From assembly GCA_002269645.1 (NCBI GenBank), contig NIVC01001334.1:62001-126000 (forward strand): a DNA stretch of 64,000 nucleotides, given 5' to 3'. The DNA comes from Macrostomum lignano. Taxonomy: Eukaryota. The notes under the pieces are model-generated. The model made no database searches and was not told the DNA's origin. It saw nothing but the letters and a program-made list of their open reading frames with translations. Shown piece after piece: positions 14,601 to 29,600 of the stretch; the stretch's first letter is position 1, and the number at the start of each line of letters is the position of its first letter. A program made the position numbers and the translations under genes.

Positions 14601-17600
14601 GAATCACTTTAAATATCCTTATTGTGTATCCTTATTTGACAAGAGAGATAGACAGGGAGAGATAGAGAGGGAGAGATAGAGATGTATAGATATAGAGGGA
14701 GAGGAAGAGTGGAAGAGATAGAGAGGTAGATATAGAGTGGGAGAGAGAGTGGGAGATATAGTAGGAGAAAAAGACAGGGAGATATAGAATGGGAGAGATA
14801 GAGTGCAATAGATAGTGTGGGAGAGATAGAGAGAGATAGTTGGATAGATAAAGAGGGAGAGATAGAGTGGGAGAGATAGAGAGGAAGAGATAGTGTGGGA
14901 GAGATAGAGTGGGAGAGAGAGAGTGGGAGAGATAGAGTGGGAGAGATAGAGAGGAAGAGATAGTGTGGGAGAGATAGAGTGGGAGAGAGAGAGTGGGAGA
15001 GATAGAGAGGGAGAGATAGAGAGGGAGAGATAGAGTGGGAGAGATAGAGAGGGAGAGATAGAGTGGGAGAGATAGAGAGGGAGAGATAGAGTGGGAGAGT
15101 TAGAGTGGGAGAGTTAGAGTGGGAGAAATAGAGTGGGAGAGAGAGTGGGAGAGATAGAGAGGGAGAGATAGAGAGGGAGAGATAGAGAGGGAGAGATAGA
15201 GAGGGAGAGATAGAGTGGGAGAGATAGAGTGGAAGGGATAGAGTGGGAGAGATAGAGTGGGAGAGATAGAGTGGGAGAGATAGAGTGGGAGAGATAGAGT
15301 GGAAGAGATAGAGTGGGAGAGATAGAGTGGGAGAGATAGAGTGGGAGAGATAGAGTGGAAGAGATAGAGTGGGAGAGATAGAGTGGGAGAGATAGAGTGG
15401 GAGAGATAGAGTGGGAGAGATAGAGTGGGAGAGATAGAGTGGGAGAGATAGAGTGGAAGAGATAGAGTGGGAGAGATAGAGTGGGAGAGATAGAGTGGCA
15501 GAGATAGAGTGGGAGAGATAGAGTGTGAGAGACAAGAGAGCAGAAGCCCTCTTCCGCAAAGCTAACAAGCTTCCCAAAGAAAGTGCCGGGACGCAAAGGA
15601 ATTCCTTCAAAACAGCAAATATTGGAAGCGATGCGCATTCGCTCAGCGTCGCGGGCCTGCAAATTGCAGCTGGCGAGTTTAGTTTTAGAAAAATGCGTCG
15701 AGTTTTAGCCAAGGCCCAAATTGTTAGCAGATGCCAAATTAGCCAGCAATACTATATAATGCAGTATGAAGTTGATGCACTCTTATTCCTGTTCAGCGGA
15801 CTTTTACGGCCGCACATCTAAATGCACTGTACTGCCGGGCGGGCGGTGTCCTCCTGAACCTCATGACACGCTTGGCGGCTGCTCTGATTAAAGCCCGGCT
15901 CATTGAAAATGACCAGCAGAATTTTTACTGCTATTGAAGCCGTCGAGAGTTTGTCTGTCTGTGCACGTATGGGCCAGTGTGGTCCGTGGGGACTCCTCTG
16001 CAACAACTTGGGGTGGGGTGGGGGGGGGCAACTCTCGTCATCTGTGCAGCTGGGTGAAGACCGCAGCTCAAACTCGATTAGAAGTTTTATTTTCTAATCT
16101 TGAGAGCTTTCAGTCTTCAATTTGACAGCTGTTTTGGGGAGCACTTGTGGAATCCGTGCTCAAGTGTATGAGATTCGTGAGCTAGAAATGGGATGAACTG
16201 GGAGAATATGAGGTCTATTGAATTGTAAGATTCACTGGTGGAAGAGTGAGATTCACTGATGGGAGAATGAGATTCACTGGTGGAAGAGTAAGATTCACTG
16301 GTGGGAGAATGAGATTCACTGGTGGAAGAGTAAGATTCACTGGTGGGAGAATGAGATTCAATGGTGGAAGAATGAGATTCACTGGTGGAAGAGTGAGATT
16401 CACTGGTGGAAGAGTGAGATTCACTGATGGGAGAATGAGATTCACTGATAGGAGAATGAGATTCACTGATGGGAGAATGAGATTCACTGGTGGGAGAATG
16501 AGATTCACTGATGGGAGAATGAGATTCACTGGTGGAAGAGTGAGATTCACTGATGGGAGAATGAGATTCACTGGTGGAAGAGTGGGATTCACTGATGGGA
16601 GAATGAGATTCACTGGTGGAAGAGTGAGATTCACTGGTGGGAGAATGAGATTCACTGGTGGGAGAGTGAGATTCACTGATAGGAGAATGAGATTCACTGA
16701 TGGGAGAATGAGATTCACTGGTGGAAGAGTGGGATTCACTGATGGGAGAATGAGATTCACTGGTGGAAGAGTGAGATTCACTGGTGGGAGAATGAGATTC
16801 ACTGGTGGGAGAATGAAATTCACGATCACTGATGTGAAAATGAGATTCACTGACGGGAAAATGCGTGTGTGGAAAATATATCGAAGTAAAAATTAAATAT
16901 GAAAATCGAGCATAAGACAGACAGATGACAACCGACTCCTGCATTCAGCCTCAAGAAGGCTCAACAAGGACCTGAGCAGTGCGTGTCACAGTCTCTCGCC
17001 CGCAATTCGCTCCATCAAAAGTGGTTCGTCTCCGATTTATCAATCGCTCAAACACGGCTCAACGCTCTGTTTCCACTGCAGTCGAATATCCATCGAGTCA
17101 CGCTATTCCTACACGGGCTTCTCCCGCTCTGTCTGTCCTGCATTCAAGCCGCAAACTTGCAACCTGTGAATTCTGAGAATCAGTGGGCCTAGCAGCAGGC
17201 CCCACCTAAAACTGTATTTGTCAGCTTCAGTCTCTGTTATGTAATAAAGTGCTGCATTCATCAGCAAGTCTCTGTGAGGTTCAATGGGAGCCTGATATTC
17301 AAACGGTGATTTTACATACGTATGGGAGGCGCGTGCAAATGTTGGCTGACACGGGCGCTCTTATAGAGAGTTAATTGTATATTAGTATCCAGCTGGTTTC
17401 CCAGCAGCCTCACTAAATCACTCTCCTCAAAGCACCCTCCCTAAATCACTCTCCTCAAAGCACCCTCCCTAAATCACTCTCCTCAAAGCACCCTCCCTAA
17501 ATCACTCTCCTCACAGCACCCTCCCTAAATCACCCTCTTCACAGCACCCTCCCCAAAATCACTCTCCTCACAGCACCCTCCCCAAAATCACTCTCCTCAC

Positions 17601-20600
17601 AGCAACCTCCCTAAGTCACCCTCTTCCCAGCACCCTCCCTAAATCACTCTCCTCACAGCACCCTCCCTAAATCACCCTCTTCCCAGCACCCTCCCTAAAT
17701 CACTCTCCTCAAAGCACCCTCCCTAAATCACCCCCTTCACAGCACCCTCCCTAAATCACCCCCTTCACAGCACCCTCCCTAAATCACTCTCCTCCCAGCA
17801 CCCTCGCCTAAATTACCCTCTCAAAATCACCCTTCGCACCCGCCATACGTCACTCCCTAGCGAGCAGCTTGAGCAAGATGCGATATTAAAAGGTACATTA
17901 AACAAAGCATTGCAAACGTACTTACAAGCACAGCACATACCCACCCCCCCCCCCCCCTAGTTCAATAGTGCACCCAGTTTGGCAAAAATTTGATTTGCCA
18001 AACATCCCGAATCCACTCTCCGTGAGTCGCAGCCAGCCTCAGCCTCTGGCCTCAATTAGTAGCAGCTGTCCAACTCAGCAGAGTCTAACATCGCACACAC
18101 GCACAGCTGGCAGGGGTAACGAGAGAAGATGAGATGGCTCTCTCTCTTTCCAATCAGGCAGTGCGAGTCGGTTTGCTGGAGTGAAGCGAGTAAGCCTTCC
18201 ATTTTTTGACTGACAGGGCATGTGCTATAACGCTGGGTTGTGTCCAGTTCTCCCCCTTTTTATGGATTGTCGCAACTCTCCCATTACAGTTAAGTTCTTA
18301 TTGGTTAGATCGGGTTAGAAAACTTCAAAGATTTCTCGAGAAATTTCTAATAAAAGAAAAAAGACCCCCCTCGATAGTTAAGTCGCCATCTTTCTAATCC
18401 AGGTGTCTATTCTCTAGACCCCGATTCCAGGGACAGCTAGCTTCCTTTGAATGAGTTGAAAATTAAAATTTTATTACAGATATAGAGATAGTATAGGCTG
18501 TACTTACGAGTAAACGGGGGGTGGAAGCTGTGGCGGAGAGCGATGGGGCAGGCGGTTGCCAGGTGGTCTTCATTAATCACCTTCAGAGCTCTGGGAGAGC
18601 CAGGGGATTCCGGCTGGGCCACAAAGGTGCGCCTCAACTGCAAGTCAGACGAGAGGTGAACTGACTGTGAGTATAAAGTAGCTTTTCCCGGGGACTGTAA
18701 CATCAGGTAGGCTGAGCGCATATGAAATTCTTTAAATTGCTCGCATATCTAATCTACTTTAAGTAGACAGTTTGTTTTTAATTCGGATTTTTCTTAATTC
18801 ACACCAAAATGTGCTTTTACACTGCCGGAATTTTTAAAGAGTACAGGTGGTAAAATTAAGGGAGAAGTTGAAAGTTGAAGAGATTGATAAAAAGGAACTG
18901 TGTGTATTAAGGAAGAAGTAATACAGACGGAGAGAATGGTGGATTGGGAAGACGGAAATGGAGAAAATATGGGATGGGAAGAGAGAGAGATGGGGAGAAT
19001 ATAGGATGGGGAGAATATGGGATGGGGAAGAGATATGGAAAGAATATGGGATGGGGAAGAGAGAGATGGGGAGAATTTGGAATGGGGAAGATAGATGGGG
19101 AGAATATGGAATGGGGAAGAGAGAGATGGGGAGAATTTGGAATGGGGAAGATAGATGGGGAGAATATAGGATGGGGAAGAGAGAGAGAGATGGGGAGAAT
19201 GTGAAATGGGGAAAAAAGAGATGGGGAGAATATGGGATGGGGAAGAGAGAGATGGGGAGAATGTGAAATTGTGAAGAGAGAGATGGGGAGAATATGGGAT
19301 GGTAAAGAGAGAGATGGGGAGAATATGGAATGGGGAGAAGAGAGAGATGGGGAGAATGTGGGATGGATAGGAGAGAGAGAGAGATGGGGAGAATGTGGGA
19401 TGGATAGGAGAGAGAGAGAGATGGGGAGAATATGGGATGGGGAAGAGAGATGGGCAGAATATGAGATGGGGAAGAGAGATAAAGTGGGAGCTGATGGGCC
19501 CAGAGCAGATGAATTGAGTCGCAGGCGGTTCAGTCTGAGAGAAGGCAGCAGATGCAGCACACCTGATTCGCAGATATGTTTCAGAAGCAAACTAGACACA
19601 GAATAACCTCGCCCAGTTTTTTATCCACTGCTTCCCACATCGGCGCTACTGCAGTCACTCAAAAACACATTTCAACCAGCTGTAAATTATCTTAAAATAG
19701 GGATAGTGACATAATTATCTATCTGGCTGGGTCTCCATAGCAACCTGCGGTTTGGATCATTAACAAGCAGCTGTCCCCAGCAGCTTCATCCGAAAACGCT
19801 AAAAGCTTATTACCGACAGGGTCAGGTCAGGATTCCAGGCTGCAAAGTGGAAAAGTGGAGTTTCGTGGAGTTTCTTTATATGGCAGTTGGGGCTAATGGG
19901 ATTCCAGGCTCGCCTTGGTTGGGGAGCAGACGGGGAAGTGGGGAAGAGGCTGCTGCGCGGGCCTTGGTGACTGGATCCCCGATGGCTGCTGTATGGCAGT
20001 GGATGACAATTAGAAAAGTCAATTATTGTTGTCTGCAGCTTGGCCGATGCTTGGGGCAACATTTGTGTCTGATATTTTGTGATTAACTGTAACTGTAGTG
20101 CATCAATACGAGAGTGGACTTTGTTGTTTAGATTAGCTATTAGCTTGTCAATTATCATTTGTTTATATTGTTGACCTTTTGTCAAAGTTGTGTTTAGTAT
20201 GATCTAATAAATAGTGTTGCCATAGTATCTATTCTAGATTGTTTCTGAGAATATCTGACTTTGTATCTACCTTTCCCATTCCATTCCGTTCAATTCAATT
20301 CCAATCTATCCCATCCCATTCCAGTCCATTCCATTCCATTTCATTCCATCCCATTCCATTCCAATCCATTCCAGTCCATTCCATTCCATTCCATTCCAGT
20401 CCATTCCATTCCATTCCAATCCATTCCATTCCATTCCATTCCATTCCATTCCATCCCATTCCATTCCAATCCATTCCAGTCCATTCCATTCCAGTCCATT
20501 CCATCCCAATCCATTCCATTTCATTCCATTCCATTCCATTTCATTCCATTCCAGTCCATTCCATTCCATTCCAATCCATTCCAGTCCATTCCATTCCATT

Positions 20601-23600
20601 CCAATCCATTCCATTCCATTCCATCCCATTCCATTCCATTCCAATCCATCCCATTCCATTCCATTCCATTCCATTCCATTCCATTCCATTCCATTCCAAT
20701 CCATTCCATTCCAATCCATTCCAGGCGCGCTCCGGCTGGCAGCGAAGCTGAGCTACGAGGCGTCTCCGCAGCACCAGCTGCTCATCTCCGCTGCCGATCA
20801 CGTGACCGGCCTGTCAGCCGAGCTGCACCTGACCGTGTTCCTCCAGGTGAGACTCAGTAGAGAGGTGGAGAAAATTTATCGGCAAATAGTTATTTCCAGT
20901 CTGATTAAATGTTCGTCTGAAATGAAAAAAAATCTGTTTAGAATGCGTCTAGCTACTCGTTCAGTAGGCTGATTTGCGCGAAAATTCTCTTTCTTCATGT
21001 ATTTTTAGAAAGCTTCGCCAGCCGCCGACACTCCAGAATTTGTCGGCCCGGCTGCCGACGCCGGCGGCTTCTCAGTGACGATGTCGGAGGCGGAGCCGCC
21101 AGCGGCCTGGCGGCAGCGCGTTATCCTGACGGCTTCAGCGGCGACAGCCTCCGGCATCGGGGTCGCCTACCGGCTGGAGGGCGCACCCGAGGATGTTGAC
21201 GCTTTCGTCGTCGGTGCCGCCAACGGACAGCTGCGGCTGCGTCGCCGGCTGGACTTTGAGACTCGCCGGCACCACCGGTTCTGGCTGGTCGCCGCCGCCA
21301 TGGCCGGTGAATCCCCACCGGCCGTCGCCCGCCTGCCCGTCAGCGTCCAGGTCGTAAACTCCAACGACTGGCCGCCGCGGTTCTTCCGGCGCGAATGGCG
21401 GCTGGCCGCGCCGCGCGACGTCTCCGACGATGACGAACCGCAGCGCAACGGCGCCTTCGTTGGCCGGCTGCGAGCTCGGGATCCGGACCTCGGCGGACGC
21501 GGGGAGGTCGATGGTTCGAATCCTGAGCTGACTTACCGGCTGTTGCCTGGCGGCGACGCCGACCAGTTCTTGCTGCACCCGCGCTCCGGCGTGCTTAGAT
21601 ACCGGCCTAACTACCGGTTGCTAGGAGACGGCTGCCAAGCGCTGCCTAGCGAGCTAACCTTTGTTGCTATGGTAACGGATTCGGTGCATTCCGATAGGTC
21701 GCGAGTTCGAGTCCGCCTGCTGCCCGGCGGTCAGAGTCGTCGCAGTCCTTGGCGAAACGCCGGCAGTCGCTGCCTCGCCTCATCCAGCCGGGGGCCTCCG
21801 ACTCTGTGCGCTCGGCTCATTCAGCACGCCAAGATCCCGGAGAACGCGCCGGTGGGCCTCAGCATCCTGCGCGTGGCGCCCGCGTCATCTAGCGCTGAGA
21901 ACTCCTCCTCGGATGATGCAAATCGGTGCGACTGGGGATTCCCGTGTTTTTGTTGCTTAGCAACGGGGATTCCCCGACTTAGCCTTTTGCCTGTGAATGA
22001 TTTTGGTTAAGTATCAATAAGAATTCGAATTTCAAGTCGATTTGGTCACTTAGCAATGGGAGTTTGCCTGTGAAATATGGGATCGATTTAGGTTGCTTAG
22101 CAACGGGAGTTTACCTGTGAAATATAGGATCGATTTGGTCACTTGGCAACAAGAATTTACCTGTCGAATGTCAAGTCAAAGTTGTTTAACAACTGTAATT
22201 TACCTGCAACTGGCAACCACACGCTGCTTCCAGCGCCGTCTACCGCCTCATCGGCGACGAGGCGAACCGCCTGCTCAGCCTGGACTCGAGCACAGGTGAG
22301 CTGACGCTCCGGTCTGCGCTCGACCGCGAGCGAGAGCGCCAACTGGACGTCCTCGTTGACGCCGTCACCGCGGACGCCAGCCGTCGCCAAGTCTGCCACG
22401 TGGTAGTCACCGTCGCCAACATTAACGACAACCTGCCTCACTTCGATTTTCAACAAGCCGACGTCATCCTGCAGGCGCCGGCGACCTCCGCAGATTCCGT
22501 CGACGTGTTCCGCCTGCGCGCTCGCGACGCCGATCATCCGCGCCGTCCGGTTGGCCGGTTCGAACTCGCGACCACCGGAGACAGCGCCGAAGGCTTCCAG
22601 CTCGACGCCACAAGCGGCCGAGTGACATTCGTGCCGGCATCGGCCGAATTTCGGCAGCTCCCGAAAACTCGAATCCTCGAATTCTTCGCCGTCGACTTCG
22701 AGCTGCCCCATTCTCGATCGGCGTCGCCGTTCCGTCTGGCGGTGCACTTTTCCGACGGCAACGACACCGCCACCGACGCCGCGGTGCTCGCCGGCCTGAC
22801 CTGCCAGCCGCCCTCCTGGAGCGACGTTCGCCTGTCGGAGGCCACGCCGCTGGGCGCCAGTCTCGCCGTCTGCCGCGTGGCCGCCTCCTCTGCGGTCAGG
22901 CTGGAGGTCCGGGTCAGCGACGGCCCTGGTGGCGAGTTCTTTGAAGCTGCCGGCGACTCCTCTGACTCCGTGGACGGCGTCGGCGGCGGTAGCAGCTTTC
23001 GGTTGCGCCTCCGACGACGACTCAACGGGACGGCGACGCCCTATGGCCTGACCGTGGCTGCCACTGTCAGGTTTGAGCAGCAGAACCGTTCACTGACCCA
23101 GCTGACCAACTCACCTGACCCTCAGCTGACCCCTCACCTGACCCAGCTGACCAACTCACCTGACCCAGCTGACCAACTCACCTGACCCAGCTGACCCTCT
23201 CACCTGACCCAGCTGACCCTCTCACCTGACCCAGCTGACTCTCTCACCTGACCCAGCTGACCCTCTCACCTGACCCAGCTGACCAACTCACCTGACCCAG
23301 CTGACCAACTCACCTGACCCAGCTGACTCTCTCACCTGACCCAGCTGACTCTCTCACCTGACCCAGCTGACTCCTACACAGATCCTATCAGCTGCAACTT
23401 GAAATCTCCCGCAATCGCTAGCAGTAATTGACCCACAATTCAGTGACCTACTTAACTGCCTATGACCCAAATAAATAGGGTCAAATCGACAAGTCCGACC
23501 TCCCAGTCCGACATCGCAGTAGCGACAGCGGCGCTGACAGTGGGCTACAACCTTGAAGTCGACATCGCCCGGCCGCCGGTGTTCGAGTCCGCCGCCTACT

Positions 23601-26600
23601 CGCTGCTGGTCCGCGAGGACGCCGCGCCGGGCGAGCCGCTGCTGCCGCTGCGCGCCCAGGATCCCGGCGCCGACTTCCAGCTGACCTACCGGCTGGCCAA
23701 CATCGAAAACGACAGCGTTGCCGGCAGCGGCGTCGAGGCCTTCAGCATCAACCCAGCCACCGGGCAGCTGCGACTGAGGCGACGGCTGGACCGGGAGTCG
23801 CTGCCGAACGCCACCCTGCGATTTCTGGCCTTCGCTGCCGACTCCGCCGGAGCCGTCGGTCATCCCGCCGAGGTGACAGTCCGCGTCCTTGACGTCAACG
23901 ACCAGCCGTTGAGGTGGGCGGCGCCTAGCTACGAGTCCTCCTCCGCTTCGACTATTCGACTCTCCACGGCAAAGCTCCGGCAGTCGGGATCGGCGGCAAC
24001 CGTCGACTTGGTGCCCGCCGGCAGCGACCTGCTCGCCGTAGCTGACGACGATCCCGAGGACCGGCCGCCGGTTCGCTACTTCTCTCTTGGCGGCGGCCGC
24101 GGCCGCGGCGAAGGCGACGCCGACATCTTATTCGATGTCGACATCGACACTGGAGCCGTTTCCATGGCAACCAGTGGCGCCGCTGTTGACGCGTGTCGCC
24201 GCATTCGCCGCCGCCGTCGCCGCCTTCTTCGGGGACGGCCGCTGAAGCTTCTCATCATTGCTACTGACGGGGTGTTCGGCACACCGCCGCGGAGGCTGCA
24301 GATCGAGCTGGACGACTGCGCGCCGAGGCGGCGATCGAAGCGCTGGGCCGCCGCCGCTGCCGCCGCCGCCGCCACCGCCGCTGGCACCTCGGCGATTCCT
24401 CGGAGGCTTCGGCGGCATCGACTGCGCCTGTCAGAGGCGACGTCGCCAGGATCGACAGTGGCGGAGTTTGGCGGTGGCCTCGCCGCCGGTGTTCGGCGAC
24501 GCTATCGACTGTCGGGTGCCAGCGTCGAGAAGATGTTCACCTTGGACGAGCGAACTGGCGCGGTGGCGCTCAACGGCAGTCTGGATCGTGAAGCCGAACA
24601 AAGACTCTCGCTGACTATCGTGTCCGAAATTGACGACAAAATTTTTTTTGCCGAATACGATGACGAGGAAGACGCCGACTTCGACACGGAGATTGACGTC
24701 GTTGAGATCGACGTTCTGGACGAGAACGACTGCTCGCCGGAGTTCGTCATCGACACCGGCCCGACAGTCAACAGGACGGCGGTCACGGCAGTCGCTGACA
24801 CCGAGGCGCGGCTCTCCGAGGATGCGCCGCAAGGCTCCGCGGTGGCCAGGGTGCGGGCTGTCGACAGGGACGCGGGTGAGTCGGCGGCTAACCTGATTTT
24901 GAAGAAAAAAGCTGATTTTCTCTTTGATTGACAGTTTTGTAGTACATTCTGACTGCTCAGATAGTAGTATTGTGAGAGTTCTATTCATTTCAGTACAGTA
25001 GTTATGCGACTTACTTTTGAGACTTGTTTCGCATCTAACAAATGAGCTATTGGTTTTATCCGACCCCATCTGAACTATCTGACCTCAGCTGACCCCATCT
25101 GAACTATCTGAACTCAGCTGACCCCATCTGAACTATCTGAACTCAGCTGACCCCATCTGAACTATCTGAACTCAGCTGACCCCATCTGAACTATCTGACC
25201 TCAGCTGACCCCATCTGAACTATCTGAACTCAGCTGACCCCATCTGAACTATCTGAACTCAGCTGACCCCATCTGAACTATCTGAACTCAGCTGACCCCA
25301 TCTGAACTATCTGACCTCAGCTGACCCCATCTGAACTATCTGAACTCAGCTGACCCCATCGGAACTATCTGAACTCAGCTGACCCCATCTGAACTATCTG
25401 ACCTCAGCTGACCCCATCTGAACTATCTGAACTCAGCTGACCCCATCTGAACTATCTGAACTCAGCTGACCCCATCTGAACTATCTGAACTCAGCTGACC
25501 CCATCTGAACTATCTGACCTCAGCTGACCCCATCTGAACTATCTGAACTCAGCTGACCCCATCTGAACTATCTGAACTCAGCTGACCCCATCTGAACTAT
25601 CTGAACTCAGCTGACCCCATCTGAACTATCTGACCTCAGCTGACCCCATCTGAACTATCTGAACTCAGCTGACCCCATCTGAACTATCTGAACTCAGCTG
25701 ACCCCATCTGAACTATCTGACCTCAGCTGACCCCATCTGAACTATCTGAACTCAGCTGACCCCATCTGAACTATCTGAACTCAGCTGACCCCATCTGAAC
25801 TATCTGACCTCACTTGAACCCATCTGAACTATCTGACCTCACCTAGTTTTATCTGACCCCATCTGAACTATCTGGCCTCATCTGACCCCATCTGAACTAT
25901 CTGACCTCACTTGACCACATCTGAACTATCTGACCTCACCTGACCCCATCTGAACTATCTGACCTCACCTGACCCCATCTGAACTATCTGACCTCACTTG
26001 ACCACATCTGAACTATCTGACCTCACCTGACCCCATCTGAACTATCTGACCTCACCTGACCCCATCTGAACTATCTGACCTCAGCTGACCCCATCTGAAC
26101 TATCTGACCTCAGCTGACCCCGTTTGACACACTCTGACACAATTTGACACACTTTGACACAAGTTGACACACTCTGACACACAATTTGACACACTCTGAC
26201 ACAATTTGACACACTCTGACACAATTTGACACACTCTAACAGAAGTTGACACAATCTGACACAATTTGACTCCATCTGACACCAGCTGACACCATCTGAC
26301 ACAAGTTTCCACCATCTGACACAAGTTGACACCATCTGACACAAGTTGCCACCATCTGACACAAGTTGCCACCATCTGACACAATTTGACACCATCTGAC
26401 ACAATTTGACACCATCTGACACAAGTTGACACACTCTGACACAATTTGACACACTCTGACACAATTTGACACACTCTGACACAATTTGACACACTCTGAC
26501 ACAGTTTGACACACTCTGACACACGTTGACACACTCTAACAGAAGTTGACACACTCTGACACAAGTTGACACAATCTGACACAATTTGACTCCATCTGAC

Positions 26601-29600
26601 ACCAGCTGACACCATCTGACACAAGTTGCCACCATCTGACACAAGTTGACACCATCTGACACAAGCTGATACAATCTGACACAAGTTGACACCATCTGAC
26701 CCAATCTACATCCAATTTATCCTATAGGACCTCATCTGGTCGAACGCATGACCTCATCTGACCCAATTTGAACCCATCTGACTCAAACCAGACTATGTGG
26801 CCCAATACAGGTACATGTAGCAGTGACAAAGCTAAATTCCCTAAAACTGAGTCATCTGATCCAACAGTACCAACAACGTCGAATTCCAATAAAATTTCGA
26901 TAGCCAATGCAGAGAAGAAAAAAGCCAGTCGGGCGGCCGGCAACTGCGAGCCGAAAATGATAAAAAAACCAACGAAAAGTTGCTTTTGCAGGCAGTTGAG
27001 GAACAAAAATGCGGCACTTGAATAAAAACACGCAAGGATTCTTTTGCGGGTCAATCTCTGTCTTCTTTTAGTCTGCAAGAGGGCTATAAAAACACAAATT
27101 GATGTTGCAGTCCTATGGGTCTTGCAGTATAGATTATTCTGCTTTTACAATAACCTATTTGTAACCCCCTGGTACTGGCGGCGCAGCACCAATTATGGAC
27201 AAGACTTCTTTTCTTCTGAAGAGTTCCGAGTGAGGATTTTCAATTGCCTTCTCCCGAATTCGGGTCTTTTGCCTGGCTTTGAAGTGGCCAGCGGCTAGCA
27301 GTGCGCAGACGCCACTTGTCTACCATTTTTGGTGCTCCAAATTTCGATGCTTACTGATTTTGGGTGCCCTTAGCAACTAACCTTGGTGCCCTTGACAACC
27401 ATTTGAGCACCTTAACTTAGCAGCTACGAGTACATTGGTGCCATTGGCATCCATTTTTGGCGTCCTTAGCAACTACCTTGAGCGTCACTGACAACCATTT
27501 TGGCACCCTTGACAACAATTTTGGCACCCTTGACAACCATTTTGGCAGCCTTGACAACCATTTTGGTGCTCTTGACAACCATTTTAGCAACTAACCTGAG
27601 TGCCCCTAGCAACTATTTTGGCATCAATCGCAACTACGAGTACCTTGAGCGCCCTCGACAAGCATTGACAAAATTTACCTTTTTTGTGACTCTGACAGCC
27701 AGTTTGATCCCCTTGAACTGAGGTTTGGCCGCACAAATAGCGTTGATGCCCTGGTGCTATGATTTTTACACAATAATTTTTCCCTGCTCTGGAAGGCACC
27801 TTCTGTTAATTATTACGAAATATTAATTTAATTGTTAATTCTCATTCACAGACCGACCTCAGTCTGCCGCATGCGCCCCCAGCCAAACATCGCTGGCCCT
27901 CCGGCCCTCCGGCATGTAATCTGACCTCCAGCCGCCTCCCTCCCTTAGTTACCTACCAATAAATCATTTCCGGACAATGGAGACGGCGGTTCCCGTATCA
28001 TAGCCTAGCCTGGATGTGACGCAATATCTCTCTTGTCACCAAGCTAAACAAAATCTCTGTGTGTGTGTTGTGTAAACTTGGCTTATTAGTTTTGTCGGTC
28101 TCCGCTTCATAACTGCTCCGAGTGTATATGGGGCAGAGGGTGTGTGCATGCTTTCGATTTCTATTGCGAATAACCTGGCTGGGCATCAGTTTACCCGCTA
28201 ATTATCACCATGGTAATAAACTGGGGGCTGCGATAATGATATGCTGCTTTCCTGTGTAGGCGGGCTGGGCATTCTGGTGCACCAGTAAAAACATTGGGCG
28301 CCTTAGTAACTGGCGTCAAGGCCTCAGCATCCAGAGAGACAATAGCTAGAGCACACAGATCCTCGGCACCTCAACATCCAGCGTTAAGATCTCAGCACCT
28401 CAGCATCCAGCGTTAAGACCTCGGCACCTCAGCATCCAGCGTTAGGATCTCAGCACCTCAGCATCCAGTGTTAAGACATCGGCACCTCAGCATCCAGTGT
28501 TAAGACCTCGGCACCTCAGCATCCAACGTTAAGACTTCGGCAACTCAGCATCCAACGTTAAGACTTCGGCAACTCAGCATCCAGCGTTAAGACTTCGGCA
28601 CCTCAGCATCCAGCGTTACGACATCGGCACCTCAGCATCCAGTGTTAAGACCTCGGCACCTCAGCATCCAGCGTTAAGACCTCGGCACCTCAGCATCCAG
28701 CCTTAAGACCTCGGCACCTCAGCATCCAGCGTTAGGACTTCGGCACCTCAGCATCCAGTGTTAAGACATCGGCACCTCAGCATCCAACGTTAAGACTTCG
28801 GCACCTCAGCATCCAGCGTTAAGACTTCGGCACCTCAGCATCCAGCGTTAAGACATCGGCACCTCAGCATCCAGCGTTAAGACTTCGGCACCTCAGCATC
28901 CAGCGTTAAGACATCGGCACCTCAGCATCCAGCGTTAAGACTTCGGCACCTCAGCATCCAGCGTTGATTTGCGTCCTTCAATAGCTCATACTGGGGGTTC
29001 AACACTCACCAAAGCAGTTATCGCTGTCTAACATCAAGCGCGGTCCGGTCAATTCTAACAAATTTACGGCCTATCTGCGCAGCAGTTTTACAGCGACATT
29101 ACCCCGCATGCCCACTCTATCTTACGCAAACACCAGACAAGTCACCAACGGCTTTCTCTGTTATCGAGTGGGGTGTTATACGACTCCCTGTGTTCGTTAG
29201 TTTTAACAGCCGATCTTAGTTTTGGTCTGGCCGAGCTAATGATGAGCGGCGAGCGCCGGGGGGAATAAGAGGTACAAGGAGGCCTTGGACGACAATCTGG
29301 ATTGCTCTCAATCAAAAAAGAGACTCTCGCGCCACGACTTCTTGAAAATTTGTGTTGTCATGCGATTGGTAATAAAATAACAGAATTACTCTGCACCAAA
29401 GACTGATCACAGTGATTTTTAATGAGAATTGTGCTACTCCAGATTCAAGGCTCGAAGTCTCCTTGAATCGGGGCAGAGTGGGGTGGCACCGCGAGCGCTT
29501 CGAGTGGCCTGTCTTTACTGACATTGCAAACGGCAGCAGTTGCTACAGGGGGACCCGCGTGTTCCCCGTTGTCTGGAATGCTTGACTCGAATCCATTGGT

